DNA of 64,000 bases, from assembly GCF_006345805.1 (NCBI RefSeq), contig NC_043004.1:25668001-25732000 (forward strand), written 5' to 3'. The notes under the pieces were generated by a model. That model was given only the letters and a program-made list of their open reading frames with translations. It was not told where the DNA came from and did not search any database. The DNA is from Octopus sinensis (Eukaryota). Below, piece by piece: positions 11,720-25,227 of this stretch; the first letter of the stretch is position 1; every line of letters begins with the position of its first letter. Both the position numbers and the translations under genes were made by a program.

Positions 11720-12218
11720 GAGCCACAGAGGTGATGGAGAAAGTTGTGAGGTCCTGGATGGACAGAGTATGCAACAGAAGACCATATGTCTTCCAACAAG
11801 ATTCTGTGCTGTTGCATAAGGCTAGGACAACCCAAGCATGGATGTGTACCAATCTTCATGATCATGTTCTCTCGGACACATGGCCTCCTAGCTCACCAGA
11901 CCTCAATCCAATGGACTATTATGTATGGGTTGTTGTCAAGAGAGAGGTCAGTCAACACTCCTATAACACCATACAATCTCTCAAGTCTGCCATAACCAGC
12001 ATTATATTCAAAATAGATAAAAAATCATCTGGTTTGGGCATTTCTCACCCCATATTGAAGTAGTCATTGATGCTAACAATGGATTCAATGAACAGGCAAG
12101 ATAAAAGAATTCTTAAGATTATTTGTAACAATTTGTCTTCAAATACGTTTTATTTGATGAGCTATGCATCTTTTTCTAAATTCATACAAATGACCTAAAA
12201 AAACTGATGCACCCTGTA
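11720..12218 (+). mobile_element. IS630-Tc1-mariner transposase C-terminal remnant with right end
   Basis: Reads YVFQQDS..H...TQAW...WPPSSPDLNPMDYYVW and terminates at ...gcaccctg|TA. Confidence 0.8.
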
Positions 12219-12331
12219 TATGTGTGTGTGTGAGTATATATCTATGTGTGTGTGTGTGTATGTATATATATATATATTGATTGATTGATTCTAGTTTCAG
12301 CTCACGAGCTGTGGCCATGCTGGGGCACCGC

Positions 12332-12374
<43 letters not shown>

Positions 12375-13297
12375 GAATATATATGTATACCAGCATGCTT
12401 TCTCTCTATGTGTATACACTTTTTATCTATATACCAAGAACTTGCTTGCCATTGGACTAGTCTCTTAGTTGTCAGTCTGACTAGAATCCTTATGTAGACA
12501 GTTTTACACATTCATAAATGGCTTTTGATTTCCCTTTCTCTGGCTTTTGGATTCTGCCACTTTCTATCTGTCTCCATCCTCTTATTCTGTCTGGATTATT
12601 ATGACCAGTCATATGTACAATGTGTTTTAATAAACATGTTCTGTCTCTATGTTTTATGTATGTATATAAAATAGTTATTTATATAGGTTTTTACCTTATG
12701 CCTATCTGCATACACATATATATACACAAAATTATCCAAATCTACATATTTCTGGGAGTGGCTTTACCCTTCTAACTCTATACTCCATTTCTGACATTTT
12801 TATATTTTTACCAGTAATCTTTTCCTTAAATATATATACTTTTCTAAATAAAATTGCATTCAATTCTTGACAGTCCAATAAAGCTATAAGGTCATACACA
12901 AGCACTCAATTATGAGTGCATTGCATCATATAGTTCATCTCCTAATTTCTTCTTCCCTTGTCATTTATTTTGTGTGTGTGTGTGTGTGTGTGTGTGGTGG
13001 AGTACAATTAGCTATACTGCATGCATTCTTGTTTCTTGAATATGTACACAGTATTCCCGTATGTCTTTAGAGATGACTGAAAAGGCAGGCATCAAAAAGT
13101 GCATTCAGCCTTAAAAAGCCCTGTCCAATCCATGTCACCAAGAGAAAATAGACATAAGAACAATAATAATGGTATTCAAAAAATATCATTAATAAACAAC
13201 ATAAGAGGAAAAAAAACAGAAACAAAAGTGATGGTGGTGCTGCAGCACTGCAATAACAGGAAGCAGTAGAAGAGTAAGAAGGGTTATATTTCTATAC

Positions 13298-13392
13298 CTG
13301 AATGTTAGTGATTTGAAAATCTGGGAGAGCTTTAGCCTGAGCTCCACTAACCACCATCTGGAAACCATTTGCTGAAGCAGCACTTAACAAGG
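13298..13392 (-). CDS. NCLN: Nicalin coding exon 4
   Basis: acctag|CC ... CAG|gtatag, 95 nt. Encodes (A)LLSAASANGFQMVVSGAQAKALPDFQITNIQ (nicalin ANGFQMV motif). Confidence 0.93.
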
Positions 13393-13811
13393 CTAGGTAA
13401 AAAAAATTAAAGAAATGAAATTAAGACAATTCAGATACTGTTGAAAAAGTTGTTTTTTTTCTACTTTTTAATTCAATAATAATTCATTTTATACCTTAAC
13501 ACATTTGTAATATAGTTTCGTATTCTATTTTGAAACTTTAAAACTTCTATTTCCTAAATCTTATTATGTAAAACCAAGTTCTAATGATCAACAGCTTTTA
13601 GTTTTTAGTTCAAGTTCCCTGATGTTAAATAGCTGACAGAGGAAGTGATACCTAGACAACACACTAGTCTATCTTGGCAAACATTCCTATATCATCTGAA
13701 GTCTATACATTATAGAAAGGATGAAATGTACAAAATACTTAAAATGAATTTGAATCAGACACCTCTAAGCTCACCTTGCCTCCGCTAGCATTATTTTGTA
13801 ATTTTAAGCTA

Positions 13812-14220
13812 ATGGAGTGGCTGTGTGGTTAAGAAGATTGCTTCTCAACCATGTAGTCTCAGGTTTAATCCCACAGCATGGCAACTTCAACAAGTATTTT
13901 TTGTTATTGCCCTTAAAGTCTTGTAAGTGAATTTGGTAGACTGAAACTGAAAGAAGCCCATCACATGTGTGTGCACATGTGTTATGTCTTGACATTGTAT
14001 GAAAATTGTAGATGAGTGTCACCATCAAACAATGTCCTTTGTTTCCAGTCTTCTGTAAAAACATGTCTGACCCATGGAGAAATACTATCTTGTTTGGAAA
14101 TAGATGAGGGTTAGAGTCAAGAAGAACATTCAGCTGTAGAAAGTCTGCCACAACAAATTCCATCTCACCTTTATAAGAATGCAAAAGTGGACATTAATCA
14201 ATGATGGTGATTGATGATGT
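13812..14220 (+). mobile_element. tRNA-derived SINE, family 1, with RTE-type 3' tail (other copies ~20800-21010, 33030-33430, 34405-34560, 55530-55680, 55730-56085)
   Basis: Head ggagtggctgtgtggttaagaag..tgcttctcaacc...aggtt.aatccc carries A/B-box-like motifs. The 3' end ...gcaaaagtggacattaatcaatgatggtgat resembles the RTE LINE tail. It resembles described Octopus SINEs. Confidence 0.75.
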
Positions 14221-14404
14221 GTGGCAATACTGTGGTATATCTAGACATTACTGTTGGGGCAATGACATGTCAATACACAATAGAACTCCAGTCTGTTACT
14301 TGAAAGGTACTTCGTTCTTTTACATCTGTTTTTCCATAGGTTAGATGAAAATGTGCTAAAGTATTGTTCTACAGCTGGTTGCCATTCCTGTTGCTAGGAA
14401 TGCT

Positions 14405-15335
14405 GAATTTTTTCTTTTCTTCACAGAAAAGAATGATTTAGTGTATTGCACAAACATTGAGGGACTGCTTCAGAGAATGGGATTCACAGAATATAATGCA
14501 AGTGACTGATACCTTTTTTAGTGATAGCCCGAAAAGGAATATGAAATCTGTTCTGCTTCATAATGGAAATATATGCAGTGCTAGAGAAAATTAAGTACCA
14601 TAATCATCAGATGATGATATGTGTAGATTTAAAGTTGGTCAATATTTTATGTATGTGGGACAACAGAGCCAGGGAAAAACATTGGGTGATCAAAGAATGA
14701 CTGCAGTAAATATTAGTTCCAGGGACTTTTAATGTGGTTGAAGAGCCTTTAGTTCAACTGGAAAAACCATCCTACTTCCACTCCATATCAAACCTGGCAT
14801 TATGAAACAGTTTGTTAAAGTTCTGGATAAAGACAGACCATGCATTCACTATGAGCATAAAGCTGCACTGTCTTCACAGCCACTTTGATAAATTCCCTGA
14901 AAATCTTTGCGACAAAACAGCGAGTATGTTTTCATCAACAGAACAAAAGTATCATGTGATGGTGGACTACTGCTGAAACTTGCCTCATGATCTTCCTGAT
15001 GTTCAGCACTCAAGAAAATTATCCGAAAGAGAAATTAGGTATAAACAATGATGTAATTTGTCTGTAGAAATTTCAAGATTTTTACTAGTTTTTCAGGAGA
15101 ATTTTAAGAAAACATTCTGGTTTTGAAGAAAAACCAATTTCTGTCTTTCTATTTTATACCTTGTTCTTCATAAGCTGCTTTATTGCAAAAACAATAAAAT
15201 TCTATGGATCCAATATCTTAAAATCTTAACATGATGGTAATAAATGTGTCATTTTGGGATTCAGTCTGTCAAAAAACTTAGTTCAAGTTCAAATTTTTTG
15301 ACAACAGAGAAAATGATTTTTTTGTTGGCCCATGT
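14405..15335 (+). mobile_element. Decayed cut-and-paste transposase, probably Chapaev3-like
   Basis: Frame fragments DSPKRNMKSVLLHNGN, LCMWDNRAREKHW, LLPLHIKPGIMKQFVKVLDK, LHSHFDKFPENL and MVDYC. The superfamily call is from memory of these motifs. Confidence 0.6.
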
Positions 15336-15504
15336 TATTTTTTTTAACTGTTGTATATTATGTATACTTCTCTTCTTTGTTTTATTGTATGCCATATATA
15401 CTTTCTACTTTTTTCTTTTATCATTTCATTGTATGTAAACCCCCACACTATGTCTGTCTTTGTATTGTCTCTCTTGTCCATTGCCCTGATGGCACATAAA
15501 ATTA

Positions 15505-17800
15505 TCATCATCATCATCATCAACATCATTGTTTAATGTCCGTTTTCCATGCTAGCACGGGTTGGACGGTTTGACTGGGGTCTTGGAAGCCAGGAGGCTG
15601 CACCAGGCTCTAGTCTGATCTGGCAGTGTTTCTATAGCTGGATGCCCTTCCTAATGCCAACCACTCTGTGAGTGTAGTGGGTGCTTTTTATGTACCAGGT
15701 GCCAGGGGAGGCTGGCAGCGGCCACGATCAGTTGGTGCTTTTTACGTGCCACCAGCACAGAAGCCAGTCAAGGCGGTGCTGGCATCGGCCACGTTCGGAT
15801 GGTGCTTTTTTACGTGCCACCAGCACAGGTATCACAACTACAATTTCCATTTGATATTTATTTTGATGTTGATGTTGATGTACTTGACTCAATAGGTCTC
15901 CTCAAGCACAGCAGGTCGCCCTACGATCCAAGGTAAGCACAGCAGGTCATTCTGCAATCCAAGGTACTTTGGATGGGTTTGGGCTATGCGAAACTGGTGC
16001 AGGAAACAGCCATGAACTCACATTATTTGTCGGGTCTTTGCAGTCACAGCATATCTCCAGAGATCTCAGTCTTTTGTCATTGCCTCTGTGAGGCCCAACG
16101 TTCGAAGGTCATCTACCTCTCCCCCGAGTACCTTCAACTGTTTGGGAGTGGCACTTCTTCACATATCTCTCCTCATCCATCTGCAGTATATGACCATACC
16201 ACCACACGTCTCTCTTGCACACCACATCTGATGCTTCTTATCTCCAACATTTCTCTCAGGGCGCTTACACTGTTGTGTGTGCACACTGACATTACACATC
16301 CAGCGGATCATGCTAGCTTCTTTTCTCTCAAGCCTACACATGCCCTCTGTAGTCACAGCCCATGTTTCACTACCGTGAAGCATGGCAGTTCGCACACATG
16401 TATCGTACAATCTACCTTTCACTCTGAGCGAGAGACCCTTTGTCACCAGTAGGGGTAGAAGCTTTCTAAACTTTGCCCAGGCTATTCGTATTCTAGTGGT
16501 GACATTCTCTGAGCATCCACCTCCACTACTAACTTGGTCACCCAGGTAGCGGAAACTATCAACTACTTCTAGTTTCTTCCCCTGGAGTGTGATGGAATCT
16601 GTTTTCTGAGTATCTGTGGTGTCTATTGTCCCTGTGCATCTGCTGCACACGAAAGCTATCATCTTGGTTAATTTTCCTTTGATGTTGCTGCACCTCTTAT
16701 GCGTCCATAGCTTAAACTGGGTACATCTTATGGAGTTTCTACTTACACCTTTTCTACAGATCGAGCAGGGCCACCTACCTGATGGTGTGTGTGATGAAAG
16801 GCCTTTTGATTCTAAACCTAGCTTCCACACCCGAAGTTTCTTTTCTAGTTCCGGTAGTGATTCTGCTATGAGGGCCAGGTCATCAGCATAGAGCAGCTCC
16901 CAGGGGCAACCCGTCTTGAATTCCACTGTTATTGCCTGGAGGACTATGATGAATAGAAGGGAACTAAGGACTGAACCTTGGTGGACCCCTACTTCTTCCT
17001 GGAATTCTTCACTATACTCATTGCTGATCCTAACCTTACTAACGGCCTCTCTGTATAGGGCCTGTAGAGCCCTTATCAACCATTCGTCAATCTCCAGTTT
17101 CCGCAATGCCCACAAGATAAGGGATCGGGGGACCCAGTCAAAGGCTTTCTCCAAGTCCACAAAAGCTAAGTAGAGGGGTTTATCTTTAGCTAGGTATTTC
17201 TCCTGCAGTTCTCGAACCAGGAATATGGCATCAGTGGTGCTTCTACCCAGAACAAAACCGAACTGCATCTCATCTAAGTAAACTCTCTCCCTAATGAGAT
17301 GGACTATGACCCTCTCTGTGACCTTCATCACCTGATCCAGCAGTTTAATACCCCTGTAGTTATTCCTATCTAGAGCATCACCGTTACCCTTGTAGCAGTT
17401 AACTATGGTGCTGCTACGCCAGTCATTGGGTATGACTCCGTTATGTACTACCTGGTTTACAATGTGGGTGACTATGCCATAGCCCACACCACCAGATGCT
17501 TTAAGCATTTCAACAGTGATTCCTGATGGGCAGGGGTTTTTCCTGGCTTCATACTCTTAATTGCTTTATCTACTAGGGAGCTGTCTATTGGAATAGCTGG
17601 TCCCTCTACTGGGTCAACATTTGGCAGGCTCTCTTCCTCCCATTCATTCTCCACATTCAGCAGTCTTTCATAATGGCTTCTCCAAGCCTCTTTCTTTTCA
17701 GAATCACTAAAAGCAAGTGCACCATCATCCATTTGAACACATTTCTCTCCTGTGACATCACAATTTTCTCTCACACACTGTCTTGCAATCTTGCGATCCG
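15505..17800 (-). mobile_element. 5'-truncated RTE-clade LINE: RT ORF 16159-17774 (frameshifted near 17500), 3' UTR and (GAT)n tail
   Basis: RT motifs NYRGIKLL, QFGF, STTDAIF, FVDLEKAFD, GVHQGSVLS, LYADD and FRYLG. The 3' UTR has repeated ggcacgtaaaaagcacc units, and the tail reads (cat)n on + at 15505-15529. Confidence 0.92.
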
Positions 17801-18043
17801 AAATACCTCAGTTCTTATTTGCCATTCCTCATTGGCCCATAGATAACGTAGTGAGTAGGCAAGTAATCAGAGTCAATGTAATTAACTTTGTCCTTTATCA
17901 ATATTTGAAGAAACTGCTAGTAAACAGTAGGCTCATTTTTTATTGAATTACTGATTAAAATGTTCTGTGAGTGATATTAAGAACACACCTGGAGGGAAAA
18001 TATAAGATTTATAAAAAAAATATTCACTAGCTCATCAACTCAC

Positions 18044-18188
18044 CTTCGAGAGCACTTGGTGCCTGATCCCCAGTTGACAAATGCTTCACATCTATGTAAA
18101 TATTGGATAGAGCTTCACTCTCATAGGCAAAGAATACAGGGACATTAGTTTCTTCCAAGAGAAGGTCCCTTTCCAAGCCATACAGCCG
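18044..18188 (-). CDS. NCLN: Nicalin coding exon 3
   Basis: ttttacag|CGG ... GAAG|gtgagt, 145 nt. Encodes RLYGLERDLLLEETNVPVFFAYESEALSNIYIDVKHLSTGDQAPSALE (nicalin ETxVPVYFA motif). Not in the ORF track; read manually. Confidence 0.93.
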
Positions 18189-19101
18189 CTGTAAAAAACA
18201 AAAAAAAGACTATTTAGATGAATATTATCCTTAAATCCTCATAACTGAGATACTACTAGATTAGTACCAACTAGCACTAGATTACTATAAATCAATGCCA
18301 AACCACTAGCAATTATCAGCAAATAGTTAGACTTTAAATTAAAATCCACTGCAACCAATTATCACCCTTCCCACTCTCTCTCCCCTTTTCTCAATAACCC
18401 CTGATCCTAATCCTTTCTCTTCTCCCGATAATACTCTTTATTCTAATTTGTATATACTCGGTTACTCTCTCCACTTACCACAATTATAAATCCATTCCTC
18501 TCATCTTGCTTTTTTACCCTTCCTAACCTACTCAGAATCATTGCACTGTCTCACATTTACTCTCCTTTAGCTACAGGGAATACTTTAGGCCCTTTGTCAT
18601 GCAAGCTCAAGGTAATTTTCACTTGTGTTGGTGTCATGAAAACTGCACCCTGTATACTCTGTAAAGTGGATGGTATTAGAAAGAATACCTAGCCATAGAA
18701 ATCATGCCAAAGCAGAGTCCTCCAACTCATTAAGTCCTGTCAAACAGTATGAAAGGATATTTCATAGTTTCCAAACAATTTTTTTTTTTGTCTTGTCTAG
18801 ATTCCCTAGGTTCACCTGTGAGAAATAGGTTCCAGATCATATGTGAGTATTATCTGTAATATATCAGTGTCTTATTTATGAGGAGATTTATACCATATCT
18901 TCTTGAACTAAACTAGGAAACAAACCCTTGAAATCTTGGGAGTACTCATAACTGAATCAGAACTGATGAATACCAAGTCACAACCATAAGTAATTAGAAC
19001 TGGATTGTGATTGTTCAGTATCAGATTAACATTAATTAATTCTGGATCATTCTATTGCCTTGATTGATATGATAAAGTAAAGACAATTAATCAATACTGA
19101 C

Positions 19102-19292
19102 CTCTTTCTCCTCAACAGTGATGTTTGTGAAGTTGTCAGGTAGAAGAACCAACACAGCACCCACATTCTGGCTTACTAGCTTTCTGTAGCTAACCACCGT
19201 CAGCTCCCGAAGTCGTACTATGATACAACGACGAGTTAGCATCTTAGCATCAACAGATCTAGCCTCCATGTTTACAAATGAACTGCGACATC
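19102..19292 (-). CDS. NCLN: Nicalin coding exon 2
   Basis: Acceptor ttgtag|GA and donor GAG|gtcagt, 191 nt. Encodes (G)CRSSFVNMEARSVDAKMLTRRCIIVRLRELTVVSYRKLVSQNVGAVLVLLPDNFTNITVEEKE; phase fits exon 1. Confidence 0.95.
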
Positions 19293-22200
19293 CTACAATA
19301 TAAAAATACAAAAATACTTTACAAATCTTAGTCAGAACAGCCAGTCTATTCTTTTATTGGTTTCAGCCAAGGTACAGTGATAACAAACTCAGATCTTCAT
19401 GACTGTTGAACAAATTTCTTACACACAAAAACATGCATACAACCATTCTTAACAGCTTGATAAAAACACACACACACACAGTCTGCCATAGTAACGGAAT
19501 ACTATTTATTTAAAAAATGGAGGAGGAGGGGGGGACTTACTTAATAATGAAAATATTGAAATATGAACATGTAATCCATGTTGATAAATGTTATTAACTA
19601 TAAGCTCAAAGGGTCAGTCTACAGACCACAGTAACAGACAGAGTAGAGATTAAGAATATAAGGACTATATGAAACATTAGACTCAGTTTAACAATAGACA
19701 TTCCTTCAGTATCAGACCAGTGCATCAGCGGTTTACAATTTCTAGAAACAAAGCTCAACTTATAGATGGCAACCATGAGACATTTTACTTTTATTTTATT
19801 GCCATGTTTTATGGTATTGAAAAAACAATATTATGTCCATTTCACTCGTTCCCCACTACTGATTTCAGTTTCTTAAATACTCATGACTGAATCAGAACAA
19901 GGGAAAATTATCATTTATTTAAAAACAAAATTTAACCAAATCTCATATTTTTGTTTCAGTATTCTGCTATTTTGAGAATGGCCATGAAGTTACAGAAGTA
20001 CTAGATTACTAATTGACTTGTTAGAAGTTCAAACCTTATACGTACCACATGTAGCGCATAACTTTGCTTGCTCCAGTTTATCTGATCGATAAGCTGTAGC
20101 ACTATGTATGTATGTATGTATGTGTGTATGTATGCATGTATGTGTGTATGTATGCATGTATGTGTGTGTGTATGTATGTACGTATGTCGATGCTCAGTTA
20201 ACACTGAGCATAACTATTAGAAAAGAAGACTAATTGAATAAAGTGTAAAGTAAATTGTTTGAATAAAAAAAGGTTGGAGGACATTAATTAGGGGTCTGCT
20301 TGACAAGGATGATCTGGGGCTAAATAGCAACAACCCTTTAGAATAAATTCTTTAAAATATTGTTGCAGAACTATTTTTTCTTTTATTTTTCTATCAGAAC
20401 CCCCCACTTCTTAATTTACGAAAACGAAAGATAGTTTACTGTACAAAAGTGTCAATTACTGTTAGCAGTGCTGGGTCTTTAGTGATGTGATGGTACCATA
20501 TTAGTCGTATTTCAAATAATATCACTTTTTGGCAAAGGAGAGCGACATGTGACAGAACCTGTTGTCAATTTGACAGCAATAAAATTAAGATAACAATAAA
20601 CATTTCAAAATCTTTCCAGATTTTCATTAAACAGCTGTTTGTTTTAATGACTTAGTTAGAAGAAGGGAAGCTTAGAGATTTGGTCTTGGTATTTGGAACA
20701 GAGGGAAGGCTCCACTAGAGTCACTCAAAAGCCAGGTGGCATTGATACTGAATCAGACAAAAGATTAAGACTAAAACCCAACACCAAAAAATAGTCCTTC
20801 CGAAGGATTTCCACAGTTTCAATCTACCAAATTTTATTCATAATGTTAATGATAGAAGACACTTGCCTGAGGTGCTATACAATAAGACTGAACCACAAGC
20901 CAAGTAGCTGTGAAGCAAACTTCTTCGGCACACAACCATACATGCACCAGTCTTTTCTGTGTTCTTTTACTAACTTCAGTCATTAGGGTGTAGGCCATGC
21001 AAGAGCACTACCTTTTATTGACTCAGGACTTCTTTTATAAACCTTGAAAAGGAATCATGAAAGGCTAGGAAGGATCTGAGCAAGACTTCAATTCAGAACA
21101 AAAATATTACTAGGTGCCTTATCAAGTGCTTTTACCTTCCATAAACACCACAAAGCATCTAGTTTGGTGCTCTACCAATTCTACCCTCCATAAACACCAC
21201 AAGGTAGCTTATTTGAAGCTCTATCCATTCTTCCACAGCTTCCATCTCTATTTCCTTCTGTCTTTGATTATTACACTGTAATATCAAGAGATAGTAAATA
21301 GGTTTCAACCCAACATTTTATAGATATCATAAAACTTGTCCAGTGTTTCACTTCAGAAATTCAGAGAAAGTAGTAGTAATACTACAATCACTACCAACAG
21401 TATTTTTGTTATTACATGCGTGTAGATGCAACGTCGACAGAATACACAGTACAATAGAGACATAGAGAATGGTTATATTTAGAGATGATGTGTGGTGGGC
21501 AACAGAGTAACACCTTACTTACCACCACTAGGGATTTAAATAGAAAAGTCTCTTAAAAACAGCCCTTGAGAAAATATTCAGACTAGGCTGTTATCTGCTA
21601 AAATAGTTTGGTAAACAGGGGAGGAGAGAAGGGGAAAGCTGGTGGTATGGAAGCAATGCTAAAAAGATGCTTTCACTCAGTAGACAGCTTGCAGATTAGG
21701 GGGAGTAGACTTTCAACTATCAGCTTACCCTTGACTTTCTAATTCAATATTCTTTAATCCCATCTCACACTGAGCTACTAAATCAGTTGTCTATGTGCGC
21801 ACACACACACCATTGTGTATGTTCTGTACACCAGTACCAAGTCATTTAAATGATACAGCTTGGCTGGCTGGCTGGCTGGTGTGTATGTATTTAATAAAGG
21901 GATTATTGACATGAATAAATAATTGTACTTTGATAGAACAGATCACATTCTAAATTGTATCATTTAAATACAAGGAAACAAAAAAAAAAGATAAAAAAGG
22001 AAAAGAAATAAAAAAATGGGGAGTAAAACAGTAGAAAGTGGGGGTGAGGGGGCCACACACCGAGGAACAAATGGTGTATTCAGCCACACCCCGTGGTTAT
22101 GACTGCAATGTCATTGCTGTGGAGAATGGCCAGCAATACTTACTGCAGCAGCCACTCCACCTTGCAGGGCACATTTCTCAGATGGGCTGCTGATATCTCA

Positions 22201-22699
22201 ATTTTGTAGAGGAAATCAGTAGTACAGGGTTTGAGAACACCTAACATCTTAACAGCAACCAGCACAAACTAAGAATGGACAGTGATATACCTGTCCAGTT
22301 TAGCACAGCGCCAGATGGTATTATCAAAATCATTAAGGCGGTCTCTGAGAGGGTGACATGGTGCACTGTGTAGCAAGAAAGGAGCTTAGACAGAACAAAG
22401 CAATTCTTCAGTGTATGTTAATGTCTCAGTCATCCTGGACAAGTCCACACGTGTTGGTCTCCAGGCACTCTGTTATGGCTTTTGAGAGGATTGAGGAGCT
22501 AAGAATGCTGACAGCATCCCTTGGTGTCAGCTGAGTCCCCATCAAGAGAGAGTGGATGCTGAGTATGGTGTCCTGAAATTTGGTTTTACCATGCTGCTAG
22601 CCACTACTCCCCTTTCTTCAGGCTACTCTCATTTTATTACTATTTCATTGTTCATCACTCATGCCCATACTGACTAGCTAACACTAACCTCCTAGACTA

Positions 22700-22865
22700 A
22701 TGAGCTACACTCCTTAATCTGCAAGCCAGAACATGCCAATTCAATGAATAGCTCTTTTCTGGATATGGTTTAGGATACCAGTGTGTGCAGCTACACCATC
22801 CCAGATGTGAGAGAATAGTCCATTGGGTGCCTCACCTGAGTTTGGTACAGTTTCAATAATTATTG
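22700..22865 (-). mobile_element. Old LINE RT C-terminal relic
   Basis: Reads LKLYQTQVRHPMDY/SHIWDG...ILNHIQKRAI across a frameshift. Confidence 0.5.
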
Positions 22866-23789
22866 GCCCTAAAGAGGACTATTGTTATTTTCTGTTATAA
22901 TTCAAAATCCTTTTATGGTAATTCCAGCTGAAGTTGATCTGAAATTACCTAAAGAAAATTGGCTTTTATATCCAATGATTGTAGACTAAAAATCAAATAT
23001 GAGGAACTATCACTGGAAAGTTTTGCATTTGCATACAGAACATCTAACACTAGCTAAAAAAAAACATTCAACATATTTATATGTAAAATGGGATTTACAT
23101 ATAAAAGGAAATTAGAGTCTATTGTACATAAATACCAGCATAAAACACAATCATAGGACATGAAACTAATGTTTCACATGTTAATACATCATTACAACAT
23201 CATTAATATGAAATAAATAATAATTTGTGTATTTTTCTACATTTTAACTTTGTGATATGCATCAAGAATTTTATATTTGCTCTCCAGTTGACCCCAAAGT
23301 CAAAGAAGTTGAAAACTATAGTGGTAGAGGTACACCTTACTATGTATTTAAACAGAAGTATCCCTAACGATGCACTTAAACTGAGGTATCCCTAACTATG
23401 CACTTAAATACATATTGCAGAAAAATAAAGGGTAACTATTCTTTTATCTCAATTAAGTAGTAGTAATAGGTATTAATGGAGGATTATGTGTGACTGTTGT
23501 AGATGGGTGGATGGATGGCTTGTGATTTAGTCTGGACATCTGGTTGAGGCATTTAACCTTGATCAACAATCTGAACAGAGATGAGCCCTGCCAAGTTGAC
23601 TTATCCTTCATACATTATATAAAGATAATAACCCATCAATATACCCACCAATGCTAACATGGCATTTTCACTCACACACAAATCCTAATAAAGACTGGAT
23701 GTACATATGTGAAATGAATTGGTGTCTTTATGGGCTGGTTTCTGCATATATTTTACATTAACTAATTCAATGATTTACCTTTGTTATAA

Positions 23790-24000
23790 ATAAATAACAC
23801 AGCCCAAGGCAAAGATATTGTTTTCAGTCGTGTTTGTTTGTCTGTCCATAGACAAGATATCTCAAGAACCGCTGGATGGATTCGGATGAAACTTCCAGAG
23901 ATGTTTGGCCTTGTGACTGGCACAAATTGATTAGATTTTGGGATCAATCAGGTACTGGACAAGGATTCTGGATTATTTTTCCGATTTCTTTCACTTTATA
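23790..24000 (+). mobile_element. Non-autonomous Helentron/DINE-like repeat fragment
   Basis: Layout gccaaggcaaagatattgttttcagtcgtgtttgtttgtctgtcc...gatatctcaagaaccgctggatggattcggatgaaac is typical of these elements. Confidence 0.45.
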
Positions 24001-24264
24001 TGTATATGTAAAGTTTCACATAGTTCTCTTGTACACACACATACACACTCACACATTTTCAGTGTTGAACATTACCATCCCATTTCCATTGTACACACAC
24101 ACACAAACATACCTCTCTTTTACACACACATATACTCACATTTTAAACGCTGTTTATTGGCTTTTTCACTCCTTTCATTGGTATTCATCTATCACCCTTT
24201 CCTTTCTCATTCATACAACACTCTCTTTGCCATTTATCTCCTCTACCTTCACCTTTCACTCTGG

Positions 24265-24306
<42 letters not shown>

Positions 24307-24310
24307 CACA

Positions 24311-24568
24311 CTGTTGTGTCTGGGGAGAGTCATTCTCTTTTACTGATTTATAATTTAACACACTCACCGGTAAAATTTCCACTTTTTTCTTATTTTCGTT
24401 GCATCTTGCAACCTTTTCAGTATAGTCTTGACTCAAGACTAATGAAAAGGTTGCAAGACGCAATGAAAATTTTAGGAAAATAAAAATAAGAAATAAGTGG
24501 AAATTTTACCAGTGAGTGTGTTACATTATAAGGTACAAAAAGAAAATGACTCTCCCCAGACACAACAG
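24311..24568. repeat. Fold-back palindrome, ~120-bp arms, centre 24432
   Basis: ctgttgtgtctggggagagtcatt...tagtcttga C tcaagacta...aatgactctccccagacacaacag. Confidence 0.9.
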
Positions 24569-25192
24569 AATATGCTTCAACACACGAATTCATATAAAGA
24601 ATCTTGCAAACCAAATCCAAAAACGAAATATATAAAAAGAAAGCACTCATTATTATACTAAGAGATTATACATACATTTTAACACTTTACAGTATACTTA
24701 CATATATACATAATTCACCATGATAGAACGCTAGTGACTAAACCTTTTTTATTTTCTCTCTCACTTCCTGTTTATTTCTGTGTTCCTTTCTGTCGAAGAG
24801 CGTAGGCTCGAAACATAAAAGACTTTCTCACTTCCCGAGCATTAAACTAATACATGTTTGTTGTTTACACACCCGTCTTCGTCTTTTGTTTTTTTTTTGT
24901 AAATTCTCACAACATAATTCTTTCTATACATCGATCTAAAACAACAGGATTACAAACAAGATTGGAATTTAAGAGAAGAGAAAACCAAAAGGTCTCATGA
25001 TATTCATTGAAGGATTTTATTTTAGATATTCTCATTTTAAAAATCATCTGCGGTTAATCGCTCATTATTATTCTTTTCATACTACAGTAGTTAATATACA
25101 TTGTGACAAGCAAAAGAAAGGCAAGTTGACCAAATTATATCAGCAGGTTTTATTTATATAAAACAAGAACATTGCCTCACACATGAGAGAGC

Positions 25193-25227
<35 letters not shown>

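Noticed and set aside
13812-13885. tRNA gene
   Set aside because: Only the degenerate tRNA-like head of a SINE; no cloverleaf can be formed.
22050-22600. GC-richer stretch possibly coding
   Set aside because: No sustained open frame; probably an old retroelement fragment that I cannot classify.
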